Source: Octopus vulgaris (Eukaryota). From it: a DNA stretch of 64,000 nt. The notes beneath the pieces were generated by a model. That model was not told where the DNA came from. It worked only from the letters and a program-made list of their open reading frames with translations, and did not search any database. Shown piece by piece: positions 28,282-41,258 of the stretch. Positions within the stretch are counted from its first letter, which is position 1. Each line of letters opens with the position of its first letter. The position numbers and the translations under genes were made by a program. The DNA lies in assembly GCA_951406725.2 (NCBI GenBank), contig OX597827.1, forward strand, positions 75,950,001 to 76,014,000. The letters are read 5' to 3'.

Positions 28282-28680
28282 CTAGCAGTATCGCCCGGCA
28301 TTGCTCGGGTTTGTAAGGGAAATAACTATATAAGCATTTTTAGAGATGTAAAGTATAATAGCCATCTCAATATGGCTAACCACAAAGGGGGAGGGGTGTT
28401 ACTGTAGCTTTTTACGTTCTGAGATTTAATAATAAATTTTTAGAGAGTTACTTCCCTTATATATGCCAAAAATGCATTAAAAATGGGAAAAATTGATGGT
28501 AAATTTTTTTTTATATTGTAGACTCATTGTAGACGTGCGCTAATACCCAGAAGGGCTCGATATGAATCACGACTATAAGATACCCGGTTTTGGTTAAACT
28601 GCACTGCAAAATGTGGGAGTAGTTAGGAATCTAAATCGTAGGAGACAGACAGCACACAACCTCACTTTTATATATAAAGA
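28282..28680 (-). mobile_element. Non-autonomous Helitron
   Basis: Minus strand starts a|TCtttatatataaaag and ends with the hairpin cccgagcaatgccggg followed by CTAG|t. No TSD. Confidence 0.8.
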
Positions 28681-28686
28681 TATATC

Positions 28687-28935
28687 TTTGAAAGAACTTT
28701 TTCTTCACTCATTCCCTTCCGGTCATTTCAATATGTGACCACGTGTGTATCATTGGCGATTTTCTTTCTCCGTCTTGTTTTCCTTGGACTTTTCCTTTCT
28801 CTATGTTTCTGATGAAGAGCTCCGCTCGAAACGTTAAATCCTCCTTCTTTCTTTCCTTTCCTGAACGTCCAATAACACTATACTTGTTCCACATAATCGC
28901 ATTGTTGTGTTTTCTCTTTGTTCATGTTTGGATTA
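28687..28935 (+). mobile_element. Penelope-type short element with minimal hammerhead (28805-28839)
   Basis: Reads GTTT-CTGATGA-A-GAGC-tcc-GCTC-GAA-ACGT-T-AAAT. Homologous to 7677-7871. Confidence 0.75.
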
Positions 28936-28937
28936 TC

Positions 28938-29710
28938 GAAATCGATCAATGGAAATTGCAGATGTGTTACCAGTGCCGGTGGCATGTCGATACTCTACTT
29001 GTGAAGACCCGTTGAGGCAAGTGAGGATCAGAAATGGAAATCGATCAATGGAAATTGCAGATGTGTTACCAGTGCCGGTGGCATGTCGAAACTCTACTTG
29101 TGAAGACCCGTTGAGGCAAGTGAGGATCAGAATGGAAATCGATCAATGGAAATTGCAGATGTGTTACCAGTGCCGGTGGCATGTCGATACTCTACTTGTG
29201 AAGACCCGTTGAGGCAAGTGAGGATCAGAAATGGAAATCGATCAATGGAAATTGCAGATGTGTTACCAGTGCCGGTGGCATGTCGAAACTCTACTTGTGA
29301 AGACCCGTTGAGGCAAGTGAGGATCAGAATGGAAATCGATCAATGGAAATTGCAGATGTGTTACCAGTGCCGGTGGCATGTAAGAGAACCTTCTGTTTCG
29401 CGACCGTTGCCAGCACCGCCCCGTTTCGTGTCCGTTGCCAGCCTCGCCTGGCCCTTGTGCCGGTGGCACATAAAAAGCACCATCCGTTCGTGGCCGTTTG
29501 CCAGCTCTGTCTGGCACCTGTGCGGGTGGCATGTAAAAAGCACCCACTACACTCACGGAGTGGTTGGCGTTAGGAAGGGCATCCAGCCGTAGAAACACTG
29601 CCAGATTTGACTGGGCCTGATGAAGCCTTCTGGCTTCACAGACCCCAGTAGAACCGTCCAACCCATGCTAGCATGGAAAACGGACGCTAAACGACGATGA
29701 TGATGATGAT
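28938..29710 (+). mobile_element. RTE 3' UTR insertion headed by a 99/98-bp tandem array
   Basis: Units start at 28938, 29037, 29135, 29234 and 29332. The sequence continues into the conserved tail and (GAT)n. Confidence 0.85.
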
Positions 29711-29897
29711 GATATATATATCATCATCATCATCATCATCATCGTTTAACGTCTGTTCTCCATGCTAGGATGGGTTGGACGATTCGACCGGGGATCTGGG
29801 AAGCCAGAAGGCTGCACCAGGCTCCAGTCTTATCTGGCAATGTTTCTACAGCTGGATGCCCTTCCTAACGCCAACCACTCCGTGAGTGTAGTGGGTG

Positions 29898-29948
<51 letters not shown>

Positions 29949-30148
29949 CTCTGTCTGGCACCTGTGCGGGTGGCACGTAAAAAGCACCCACAACACTTAC
30001 GGAGTGGTTGGCGTTAGGAAGGGCATCCAGCCGTATAAACACTGCCAGATTTGACTGGGCCTGATGAAGCCTCCTGGCTTCACAGACCCCAGTAGAACCG
30101 TCCAACCCGTGCTAGCATGGAAAACGGACGCTAAACGATGATGATGAT

Positions 30149-30177
<29 letters not shown>

Positions 30178-30180
<3 letters not shown>

Positions 30181-30792
30181 ACATAAGGGACTAAAGCCAT
30201 CTGAATATGGCTAGGGACAGGGCAGGGTGGTGGGGGTGTTACTGTTGCATTTAGCCCCAGGCGAACATCGACGTCACCAGAAAGGCCCGACACCGTCACG
30301 GTGTCCTTAACCTGCAAAGGGAGGTAATTCCCCGATGAAGCGGAAACCACACATGGACCATGGTTTCAAGGTGTATTGCCTATCGTCGGCGTGTGGTAGG
30401 CTTCCGCTTCCTCGACGAATTCTCACTCTGCAGGATATTCATATATAGATTTTCAAGCAAAATACATTTGCTGATTTCGAAAATCTGTTCGAAAGCAATA
30501 ATAATTCTCTAAAAGGGATATAGACAGTAACTGCTCGATAACATAAGGGACTAAAGCCATCTGAATATGGCTAGGGACAGGGCAGGGTGGTGGGGGTGTT
30601 ACTGTTGCATTTGCAGGTTAAGGACACCGTGACGGTGTCGGGCCTTTCTGGTGACGTCGATGTTCGCCTGGGGCTAAATGCAACAGTAACACCCCCACCA
30701 CCCTGCCCTGTCCCTAGCCATATTCAGATGGCTTTAGTCCCTTATGTTATCGAGCAGTTACTGTCTATATCCCTTTTAGAGAATTATTATTG

Positions 30793-30794
<2 letters not shown>
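30178..30794. mobile_element. Second 360-bp retrozyme-like locus: 1.2 direct copies plus an inverted 185-nt arm, in (TA)n
   Basis: About 7 substitutions relative to the 12164 unit (counted by eye). The inversion junction has a TTT overlap at 30610-12. The outer ends match locus 1. Confidence 0.9.
30333..30414 (-). ncRNA. Type I hammerhead ribozyme, locus 2
   Basis: Core is CCGACGA, otherwise as in the array copies. One stem I G-U becomes A-U, and there is one C-A mismatch next to the cleavage site. Confidence 0.7.
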
Positions 30795-30834
<40 letters not shown>

Positions 30835-31168
30835 CTAAATAAGTCTGTCTGTGGGTGTGCGTATATTTCTACATCTATATCTGTATATATATATATATCT
30901 ATGCATGCATATATATGTCTTTGACTCATTTCAGTCATTTGATTGTGGCCATGCTGGAGCATTGCCTCAAAAGGCTATTAGTTGAAGAAATTGACCCCAC
31001 GGCTTATTTTTTGTAAGCTTAGTACTTATTCTATAGATCACATTTGCTGAACTGCTAAATAACAGGGATGTAAACATACCAACACCGGTTGTCAAAGAAT
31101 AGTGGGGACAAACACATAAATATATATATATATATGTATGTATGTATGTATGTATATATATGATATAT

Positions 31169-31213
<45 letters not shown>

Positions 31214-31403
31214 AGGCTTCTTTCAGTTTCCATCTACCAAATCCACTTACGAGGCTTTGCTGGGCCCAAGGCTGTAATATAAAGCTCTGTGGCTGGAAAG
31301 CAATCTTCTTACCACACAGCCACGCCTACACCTATATATATATAATAATAAGAGTAAATAATTCCTATAATGGTTTTTTTAAAAAAAATACCAACAGAAA
31401 GAT

Positions 31404-32010
31404 AGGCGCAGGAGTGGCTGTGTGGTAAGTAGCTTGCTAACCAACCACACGGTTGCAGGTTCAGTCCACTGCGTGGCATCTTGGGCAAGTGTCTTCTGCT
31501 ATAGCCCCGGGCCGACCAATGCCTTGTGAGTGGATTTGGTAGACGGAAACTGAAAGAAGCCTGTCGTATATATGTATATGTGTGTTTGTGTGTCTGTGTT
31601 TGTCCCCCCTAGCATTGCTTGACAACCGATGCTGGTGTGTTTATGTCCCCGTCACTTAGCGGTTCGGCAAAAAGAGACCGATAGAATAAGTACTAAAAGG
31701 TGGTGCTCCAGCATGGCCGCAGTCAAATGACTGAAACAAGTAAAAGAGTAAAAGAGTAAATTATTTACTGGTAGAATTCGGTATGTAAATATAACCGATT
31801 AATGTGTTTGTCCCCCCTAGCATTGCTTGACAACCGATGCTGGTGTGTTTATGTCCCCGTCACTTAGCGGTTCGGCAAAAAGAGACCGATAGAATAAGTA
31901 CTAAAAGGTGGTGCTCCAGCATGGCCGCAGTCAAATGACTGAAACAAGTAAAAGAGTAAAAGAGTAAATTATTTACTGGTAGAATTCGGTATGTAAATAT
32001 AACCGATTAA
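31404..32010 (+). mobile_element. CORE-type tRNA SINE with a 208-bp tandem duplication of its 3' half plus flank
   Basis: Head aggcgcaggagtggctgtgtggtaag...ggttcagtcc. 31595-31802 is repeated at 31803-32010. An opposite-strand copy lies at about 30918-31335. Confidence 0.9.
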
Positions 32011-32045
32011 TGGTAGGAACTTCTGTAAAGTTCAGTATATATATC

Positions 32046-32295
32046 GTATATAAATAAAAAGGCAGGCAACAGATTGCTTGGTCGCATACCGAAAATTTAG
32101 AAATAGCAGTCAAGACTATTTATTTCTATTTTCTACAAGTGGGACTCCACAAACGACATATCCCTGGTGAATTACAGGGATATGTCGTATGTGGAGTCCC
32201 ACTTGTAGAAAATAGAAATAAACAGTCTTGACTGCTATTTCTAAATTTTCGGTATGCGGCCAAGCAACCTGTTGCCTGCCTTTTTATTTATATAC
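32046..32295. repeat. Near-perfect 250-bp palindrome in TA-rich flanks
   Basis: Arms of about 120 bp around ccctg-gtgaatta-caggg, with only a few mismatches. Confidence 0.95.
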
Positions 32296-32323
32296 AATAT
32301 ATATATATGTATGTATATATATA

Positions 32324-32364
<41 letters not shown>

Positions 32365-32645
32365 GTATGTATGTATGTATGTATGTATGTATATATCTAT
32401 GTGTGTGTATCTTTGTGTCTGCGTTTGTCCTCCACTCACCACTTGACAACCGGTGTTGGTGTGTTTATATTCCCATGACCTAGTGGTTCAACCAAAGAGA
32501 CCGATAGAATGCATACCAGGGTTTAAAAAATAAGTACTGGGGTCAATTCATTCAAATAAAAAACTCAAGGTGGTGCTCCAGCATGATCGCAGTCAATTGA
32601 CTCAAACAAGTAATGGAATAAAATAATGTGTGTGTGTGCGTGTGC

Positions 32646-33047
<402 letters not shown>

Positions 33048-33305
33048 AGGCGGCGAGCTGGCAGAAACGTTAGCAAGCCGGGCGAAATGTGTAGCCGTAC
33101 TTTGTCTGCCGCTACATTCTGAGTTCAAATTCCGCCGAGGTCGACTTTGCTTTTCATCCTTTCGGGGTCGATAAATTACATACCAGTTACGTACTGGGGT
33201 CGATGTAATCGACTTAATTTGTTTGTCTGTCCTTGTTTGTCCCCTCTATGTTTAGCCCCTTGTGGGTCATAAAGAAACACATGTATATATATGTATGTGT
33301 AAGTA

Positions 33306-34756
33306 CTCGGTCATCCCATAAATAACGTAGTTTTTTCAATTGCATGAACTAAAAGTTTGAGGGGGACAGGATAAACTACCTGCATCAACTTGCTATAAAA
33401 GCAGGTAGTAATTTTACTTTGTATTTATTCTTAGTGCAAGTTTTGAAGAATGCAGTTCGATTTTAACAGTTACTTTTTCAAAGCTATAATGGAAGTGACA
33501 AAGAAGCTTATCCAGCATATTTTGCTTTATGAGTTCAACAAATTCAACAATGCATCTAAAAGTGCAAGGAATATTAATGCAGAATATGGTGATTGAACAA
33601 TAAGTATAAGCCAGTGTCAACAGTGGTTCCAGAAATTTCGAGCCAGGAACTACAGCCTAGAAGATGAGCCCCGTCCTGGAAGATCTGTAGAACTTGACGA
33701 GGACATCCTGCAAACCTTAGTGGAACGAAATCCCATCGTAACTGTTGAGAAACTAGCAGAGAAGCTTGGATTTGGTCATTCAACCATTTATCAACATCTG
33801 CGTGCCATCAGAGAAGTCAGCAAATTGGGTCAATGGGTTCCTCACAAACTTTCCGAGTTTAATCATGCACAAAGAGTGAATGTGTGCTCTTCTTTGCTGT
33901 CATGTCTCACAAATGAACCTTTTTGGACCGAATAGTGACTGGTGACGAGAAATGGGTTCTCTATATAAATGTCAAGTGCCAAAGATACTGGGTAGCGAAA
34001 GGAGAAACACCGGCACCCCTCGCTAAAGAAGGTTTTCACCCACATAAAGTGTCATCTGTTTGGTGGTATATGAAAGATTTAGTCCACTTTGAACTTTTAA
34101 ACACAAACCAAACGATAACTAAGGAGATCTACTGCGAGCAGCTTGAGTGGCTCAAGTCAACGCTAGAAGAAAAACAACCATCTTTGGTCTCAAGATGAAA
34201 GGTGTTCTTCCATCATGATAATGCTCGGTCACATACAGTGAGGATGGCATTCCAAAGACTGGAGCAGTTTGAATAGGAAATGATGCCCCACACACCATAT
34301 TCGCTGGACATTGCTCCATCTAATTACCATTTAATATGCCATCTTCAAAATTATTTAAGCAGAAAAAAAATATGAATCTTTGGTTTCAAAACAAAAGTTG
34401 TTCTTCCATCAGGATAATGCTCAGACACATACTGTGAGAATAACATTCCAAAGGCTGGAGCAGTTTGAATGTGAAACAATGACCCACCCACCATCTGGTT
34501 ATCATTTATTCCACTCTTCAAAATTACTGGGACGGCAAAAATATAAATTCTGTAGACGAGGTCAGAACAGTACTGGAGGAGTATTTTTCATCATGGACAA
34601 GTGAATTTTGGAAGACGGTCCTTGTGAGTCTCCCAGATGGATGGAAGAGCATTGTAGAAAATGGAGGAGAGTATATTTTAAATTATAAAAGGACTTTGTC
34701 TGTCTTAATTTTGAAAAATAAAAGTATAAAAAAACTTTATTTATGGGATTACCCAA
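33306..34756 (+). mobile_element. Full-length decayed mariner transposon (transposase pseudogene)
   Basis: TA-flanked TIRs ctcggtcatcccataaataa / ttatttatgggattacccaa. Motifs WFQKFR..LEDEPRPGR, WVPHKL, IVTGDEKW, HDNAR.H and PYS.DIAPS.YHL, with frameshifts. Confidence 0.92.
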
Positions 34757-35006
34757 TATATAGCTATATATATATATATAACATATGTATATATGAATAT
34801 GTGTGTGTGTGTATATGTATATATATGTATGTGTGTGTGTGTGTATGTATGTGTGTGTGTATGCGTGTGTGTGTGTGTGTGTATATATTATTGTGATTAA
34901 TAATAAATTGTCGTATGTTCCATCTTCTGTCATTCATTTGCCATATCTGTTTGTTTATATATACACAAACACATACACATATATATGTGTGTGTGTAAAT
35001 ATATAC

Positions 35007-35630
35007 ATGGTTCAGTGAATAAAATGTCTTCTAAATTGCACAAAAATGAAAATAACACTGAAATCTCATTTTAACAGATACCTTAATCAAAATTACATAA
35101 AAATATCTTGAAATACTAAAGAGTAAATTTATTTAATAAAATCGCCATTGGTTTCAACTATGGCCTCCAGACGACTTCAGAATCTCCTGCAACTCTTCTG
35201 GATGGTCTCCTTGTTTAAGTTGGTGAATGCCGCCATAATCCTTACCTTCTGTCCATCTTTGGTGTTACAAGGAGTTTTGTTGGTCTCTCACTCAACTGCA
35301 CCCCACACATAATAATCAAGGGGGTTGCAGTCTGGGGAGTTAGGTGGCCAGGAGTTAGGGGCGATGTGATCACAGAAATTATCTCACAGTCATGACTGGG
35401 TTCTCCTGCTTGTGTGGTATGGTACAGGGTCCTGTTGCTAAATACAGGGTGTTCCAGCAGCCACTCTCTTGACCCAGGGCAGCACTACCACCTCCAGGCA
35501 CTTGATGTAGACCTTAGTGTTCAGTCTGAGGCTGTGTGAGAAGATGGGGCACGACGCCACCATCACTAGTGATCACTCCAAATATCATGATGTTGGTGAG
35601 ATGTTTTATTTTTCTCACTCTCGTTACATT
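35007..35630 (-). mobile_element. Tc1/mariner-superfamily (maT/DD37D-like) transposase 3' fragment
   Basis: Minus strand encodes QQD..P.HT and WPPNSPDCNPLDYYVWGAVE. Confidence 0.75.
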
Positions 35631-35739
35631 TCCTCAGATTGCACTGTTCTCAGGTTGACACCTGAACACACTGAAATGTTCCTATAGGAGCCTCCGGTGT
35701 GAATGCCAAGCCGTACAGCATGTCCTTTTCCAAATTTCT

Positions 35740-36281
35740 GGCAGAATGAATTGTGTGATGGTGCTGTTTTTCTCTCAGCCTCTTCTCCTTATCTCCTCAA
35801 AGATATACATGATCTTGAAAGAGTCCAGAAGCTGGCTACCCGCATGGTTCTTGGTCTCAAGCATTTGTCTTATGAAGAAAGGCTGAAGACGCTCGACCTT
35901 TATTCTCTAGAAAAACGACGACGCCATGGTGATATCATTCTTGCTCACAACATCATAAGCAGAAAGTGTAACCTCTCGAAAGAGCTGTTCTTAACTCCTG
36001 CTCCAGAACGTCGGCTGCGGGGTCACTCCAAAAAGCTCTATCTGCGAAAATTTCATCTCAATCGAAGGAGAGGGGCTTTCTCCGTCCGGGTTGCGGATCC
36101 GTGGAATAAGCTGCTGAACAAGATAGTGAAAATGCCGACGACCGCTCGGTTCAAACTCTCTCTTGACCAGAAATGGCCTGAACTCTTTGAATGAACACCA
36201 CCCTGTACATAACTCCATGTCCCCCAACATGGCCTTGCTTTTTGATTTTTGAGCCAAAAAATTAACTTAACTTAACTTAAC
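35740..36281 (+). mobile_element. 5'-truncated CR1-group LINE
   Basis: SPYLLKDI..LERVQKLATRMV.GLKHLSYEERLK.L.LYSLE.RR..GD...LRGHS.KL...FSVRV..WN.L, with a (TTAAC)n tail. Confidence 0.9.
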
Positions 36282-36655
36282 GAACCCTACGATACTGTGT
36301 AGTCAACAAAATCAGAAACAAACAATGTGCATGTGTGAAATTAAAAATATAAAATGGCAACAATTTACCCATCGCACATTGTATATATGTGTATATGTAC
36401 ATATATATCAGTTTCATGTTGTGACATATATAAATATATTTCATTCTGTCTGTATCCATCTATGTATATGTCTATCAATCTCACTCCCTGCATGTACTGT
36501 ATATGCAATACATTTTTGAGTATGTGGATGTAAATGTATATATAGAAATATATATATATATATATGTATGTATGCATGTATGTATGTATGTATGTATGTA
36601 TGTATGTATGTATGTATGTATGTATGTATGTATGTATGTATTTATGTATGTATAA

Positions 36656-36757
<102 letters not shown>

Positions 36758-36782
36758 GTATATATGTATGTATGTATATACG

Positions 36783-36933
<151 letters not shown>

Positions 36934-37017
36934 TGAAAAATATTAATATGTGGGAAGATATTAATATCTGTGTATATGTGCATACAAATATGTATGTATG
37001 TGTTTCTGTGATTACAT

Positions 37018-37065
<48 letters not shown>

Positions 37066-37067
37066 CA

Positions 37068-37101
<34 letters not shown>

Positions 37102-37244
37102 CATATATTTATATAAATATATGTATATATATATATGTGTATATATATGTGTCTGCGTATGTAATTCACAAATATTTACATATACATATACAAGCATACA
37201 TACATATATATATATACACACACACACACACGCACACACACATA

Positions 37245-37359
<115 letters not shown>

Positions 37360-37675
37360 TGGCATATACGTGAGTTGGTATATGAACGTGCAAGTGTTTC
37401 TGCATATTTCGATACGAGCACATTTTCATGTATCTATAAATCTTTATGAATGTATGCGTAGAGGCAGATATGCAAACATGTAAGGAAGGGTTACATGCGT
37501 ACCGATGCGTGTCTGTTTGTCTTTCGACATATCCACAGCACTGTGCATTCCATAAACACACTGCATGGTTTCTAACTAAAAGCTTGTTTCTTCAGTAATG
37601 TAATTATACATATATTGAATATATGAGAATATTGGTTATTTATGTGTTCATATATATAAGTATATGTATGTGTTG

Positions 37676-37737
<62 letters not shown>

Positions 37738-37943
37738 TATATACACGTATATACAAAGGGATATTTATACATACATATATATGTATATGTATATATGCAT
37801 GCATATATGTTCATAAATATACATACACATGTGTATATATATACATATATATATAAGTACATATACATATAATTTACATTTAGATATAAATAAACATATA
37901 TATATAAGCACACCCACATATATGTGATATGAATATACACATA

Positions 37944-37992
<49 letters not shown>

Positions 37993-38034
37993 GTGTGTAT
38001 ATATATATATATGTAAGTGTATACATATATATAC

Positions 38035-38116
<82 letters not shown>

Positions 38117-38434
38117 GTAGGTATGAATACATCAATAAATATGCATACATACATAAACATACACACCTACACATATACACATATGTGTACGCACGTAGTC
38201 ACCCGCCCACTCTCTCACATATATATCAATCTACATGTAAAAGCAGAAATACTATAAATATGATGCGTAACTTTATCACTGTATACTGGCAGTTGATATA
38301 TATTTATATACAGAGGTATGTGTGTATATACATACATATAAACATCTATAAATGCGAGTGTGCATATCTCTAAGTGTATGTATATATAGCTTATAAATAA
38401 ATTTATATGTGCATCTATTCATTTGTGTGTGTGG

Positions 38435-38466
<32 letters not shown>

Positions 38467-38508
38467 CTATACACACATACACACACACATATATATACAT
38501 ACATACAT

Positions 38509-38601
<93 letters not shown>

Positions 38602-38624
38602 CATATATATATGATGATGATATA

Positions 38625-38732
<108 letters not shown>

Positions 38733-39226
38733 CATATATATATACATATACATATATATATATATATATACATATACACACACACACATATATATATACA
38801 TAGGTGTGTGTGTGTATTGTGTGTGTACGTGTATGTATGTGTGTTTGCATCTATGTGTAATGTGTTTAGAAGGGAAATATCAAAGGCCAGAGAATGGTTT
38901 AAAAAAACAAACATCCTGGGAATACTGACAACCTGGAGCAAATGAGAACAAATTGAATGAAGGATGTTTATAGTTAGTTGAGATAATGTCTGCAAGAGTG
39001 AGTGTGTACGCGTATGAATACACATACACATATACATACATATACGTGTGTGTATAGTTATATATGCATGTTATATATTCAGTTATATAAGCATGTTTAT
39101 ATACATGTGTGTGTGTGTGTGTGTGTATATATATTTTTGTTACATATATATAAATATATATGTGTATATATATACATATATATGTATACATATATATAAA
39201 TATATATACACATCATCAACATACAC

Positions 39227-39262
<36 letters not shown>

Positions 39263-39263
39263 T

Positions 39264-39294
<31 letters not shown>

Positions 39295-39558
39295 CACAAA
39301 CTCACACACACACACACATAAGTATATAAAAATTCATATACTCTTGTACATATGTATATGTATATGCTTGTATATACACATATACTTGTATGTACACACA
39401 TGCACATATATTATATATTATATATATGCATGTATCTATATATGTATTTAAAGTTACATCTGTATGTATCTGTTTATAACTCTATGTATATATATATATA
39501 TGGATATATATATATACATATATGTATATACATAGAGATATAGAGATATGGATATATA

Positions 39559-39589
<31 letters not shown>

Positions 39590-39613
39590 TAAATATATGT
39601 ATACATACATATG

Positions 39614-39692
<79 letters not shown>

Positions 39693-40528
39693 ATGTATGT
39701 ATACATACATATATGTGTGTGTATGTGTTTGTATATACACACACACACACACACACTAACTTAAGACCCACCCTATCGAACGGCTTCTAAGCTAGTATAT
39801 AGCTTTTAAGCTACTGACCCTGAATGGGAAGATCTGCAGACAGATCTCTGACTTGTTTTGGAAAATTTGTTGCAATTGCTTCCTCCAGGGTCATATCCCA
39901 ATGATGACCATATTCTTCGCAAAAAATCGCGAAAACCAATCACAGTAACAAAAACATAAGAATCCAAAATTTCAGGATTGCTGGTCCAGATTCGGCCCAG
40001 AATGTTTGTAATTTATTCATGGAGTTAGCCTTTAGATTATAAAAATTCTTATCATACAAAAAAGTGTGTCACTAAAAGTTATGTAAAAACATCGCCAAAT
40101 ACATTCTCAATGAAAACTTGGGAATCAAAACTTTCAGGACTGTGGGCTTGGATTTGGATAGGAATGTTTTTAATTTATTCACAGATCATTACCAGCGTCG
40201 CCTCGCTGGCACTTGTGCCTGTGCTAGTAGGGTGCCAAGAGCACCATCCGAGCATGAATGTTGCCAGAGCAGCCAACTGGTTTCTGTGCCGGTGGCATGT
40301 AAAAGGGCACCATTCGAGTGTGATCGTTACCAATGTCGCCTGACTGGCCCCTGTGCCGGTGGCACGTAAAAAGCACCCACTACACTCTCAGAGTGGTTGG
40401 CGTTAGGAAGGGCATCCAGCTGTAGAAACTCTGCCAGATCTAGACTTGAGCCTGGTACAGCTATCTGGTTCGCCAGCCCTCAGTCAAAATCATCCAACCC
40501 ATGCTAGCATGGAAAGCGGACGTTAAAC

Positions 40529-40563
<35 letters not shown>

Positions 40564-40949
40564 CAGAGCCAGCCTGATTCCAAAATGGTATATGTTGGGC
40601 TATGGCCTCTAGGAATAAAGTGACACGCTGATGCATTGACATTCACATTAATTATATAATATAATATTATCGTATTATATTAAAGTGGTGAGCTGGCAGA
40701 ATCATTAGCACGCCGGGTGAAATGCTTAGTGGTATTTTGTCTGCCGTTAGGTTTTGAGTTCGAATTCCGCCAAGGTTGACTTTGCTTTTCATACTTTCAG
40801 GCTCAATAAAATTAGTACCAGTTACATACTGGGGTCGATGTGATTGACTTAATCCCTTCGCCCAAAATCTGAGACCTAGTGCTTCCAGTAGAAAGGATTT
40901 ATTAAAGTTGAAAAAGTGTGACACACTCACATTCACATTTATTATATTC

Positions 40950-41258
40950 ACCGTGATCACCGTGACCGACCAGGCTATCAGATGTTGCTACACATCGCTG
41001 GTCACAATGCGCTTCGCATTGTTTTAGCCTTCAAATGACGCCACCCCGCTGGCTAAGCGAGCAGGCCAACAGAAGAAAGAATGAGAGAAAGTTGTGGCGA
41101 AAGAGTACAGCAGGGATCACCACCACCCCCTGCCGGAGCCTCGTGGAGCTTTAGGTGTTTTCGCTCAATAAACACTCACAACACCCGGTCTGGGAATCAA
41201 AACCGCGATCCTACGACCGCGAGTCCGCTACCCTAACCACTGGGCCATTGCGCCTCTA
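40950..41258 (-). mobile_element. tRNA-derived SINE (head shared with 20040-20421, different tail)
   Basis: About 41085-41258 matches about 20245-20421. Confidence 0.85.

Noticed and set aside
29615-29645. CTGATGA plus hairpin in the RTE tail (also at 30061)
   Set aside because: No GAAA or stem III follows, and other family copies read CTGGTGCAGCC, so the match is incidental.
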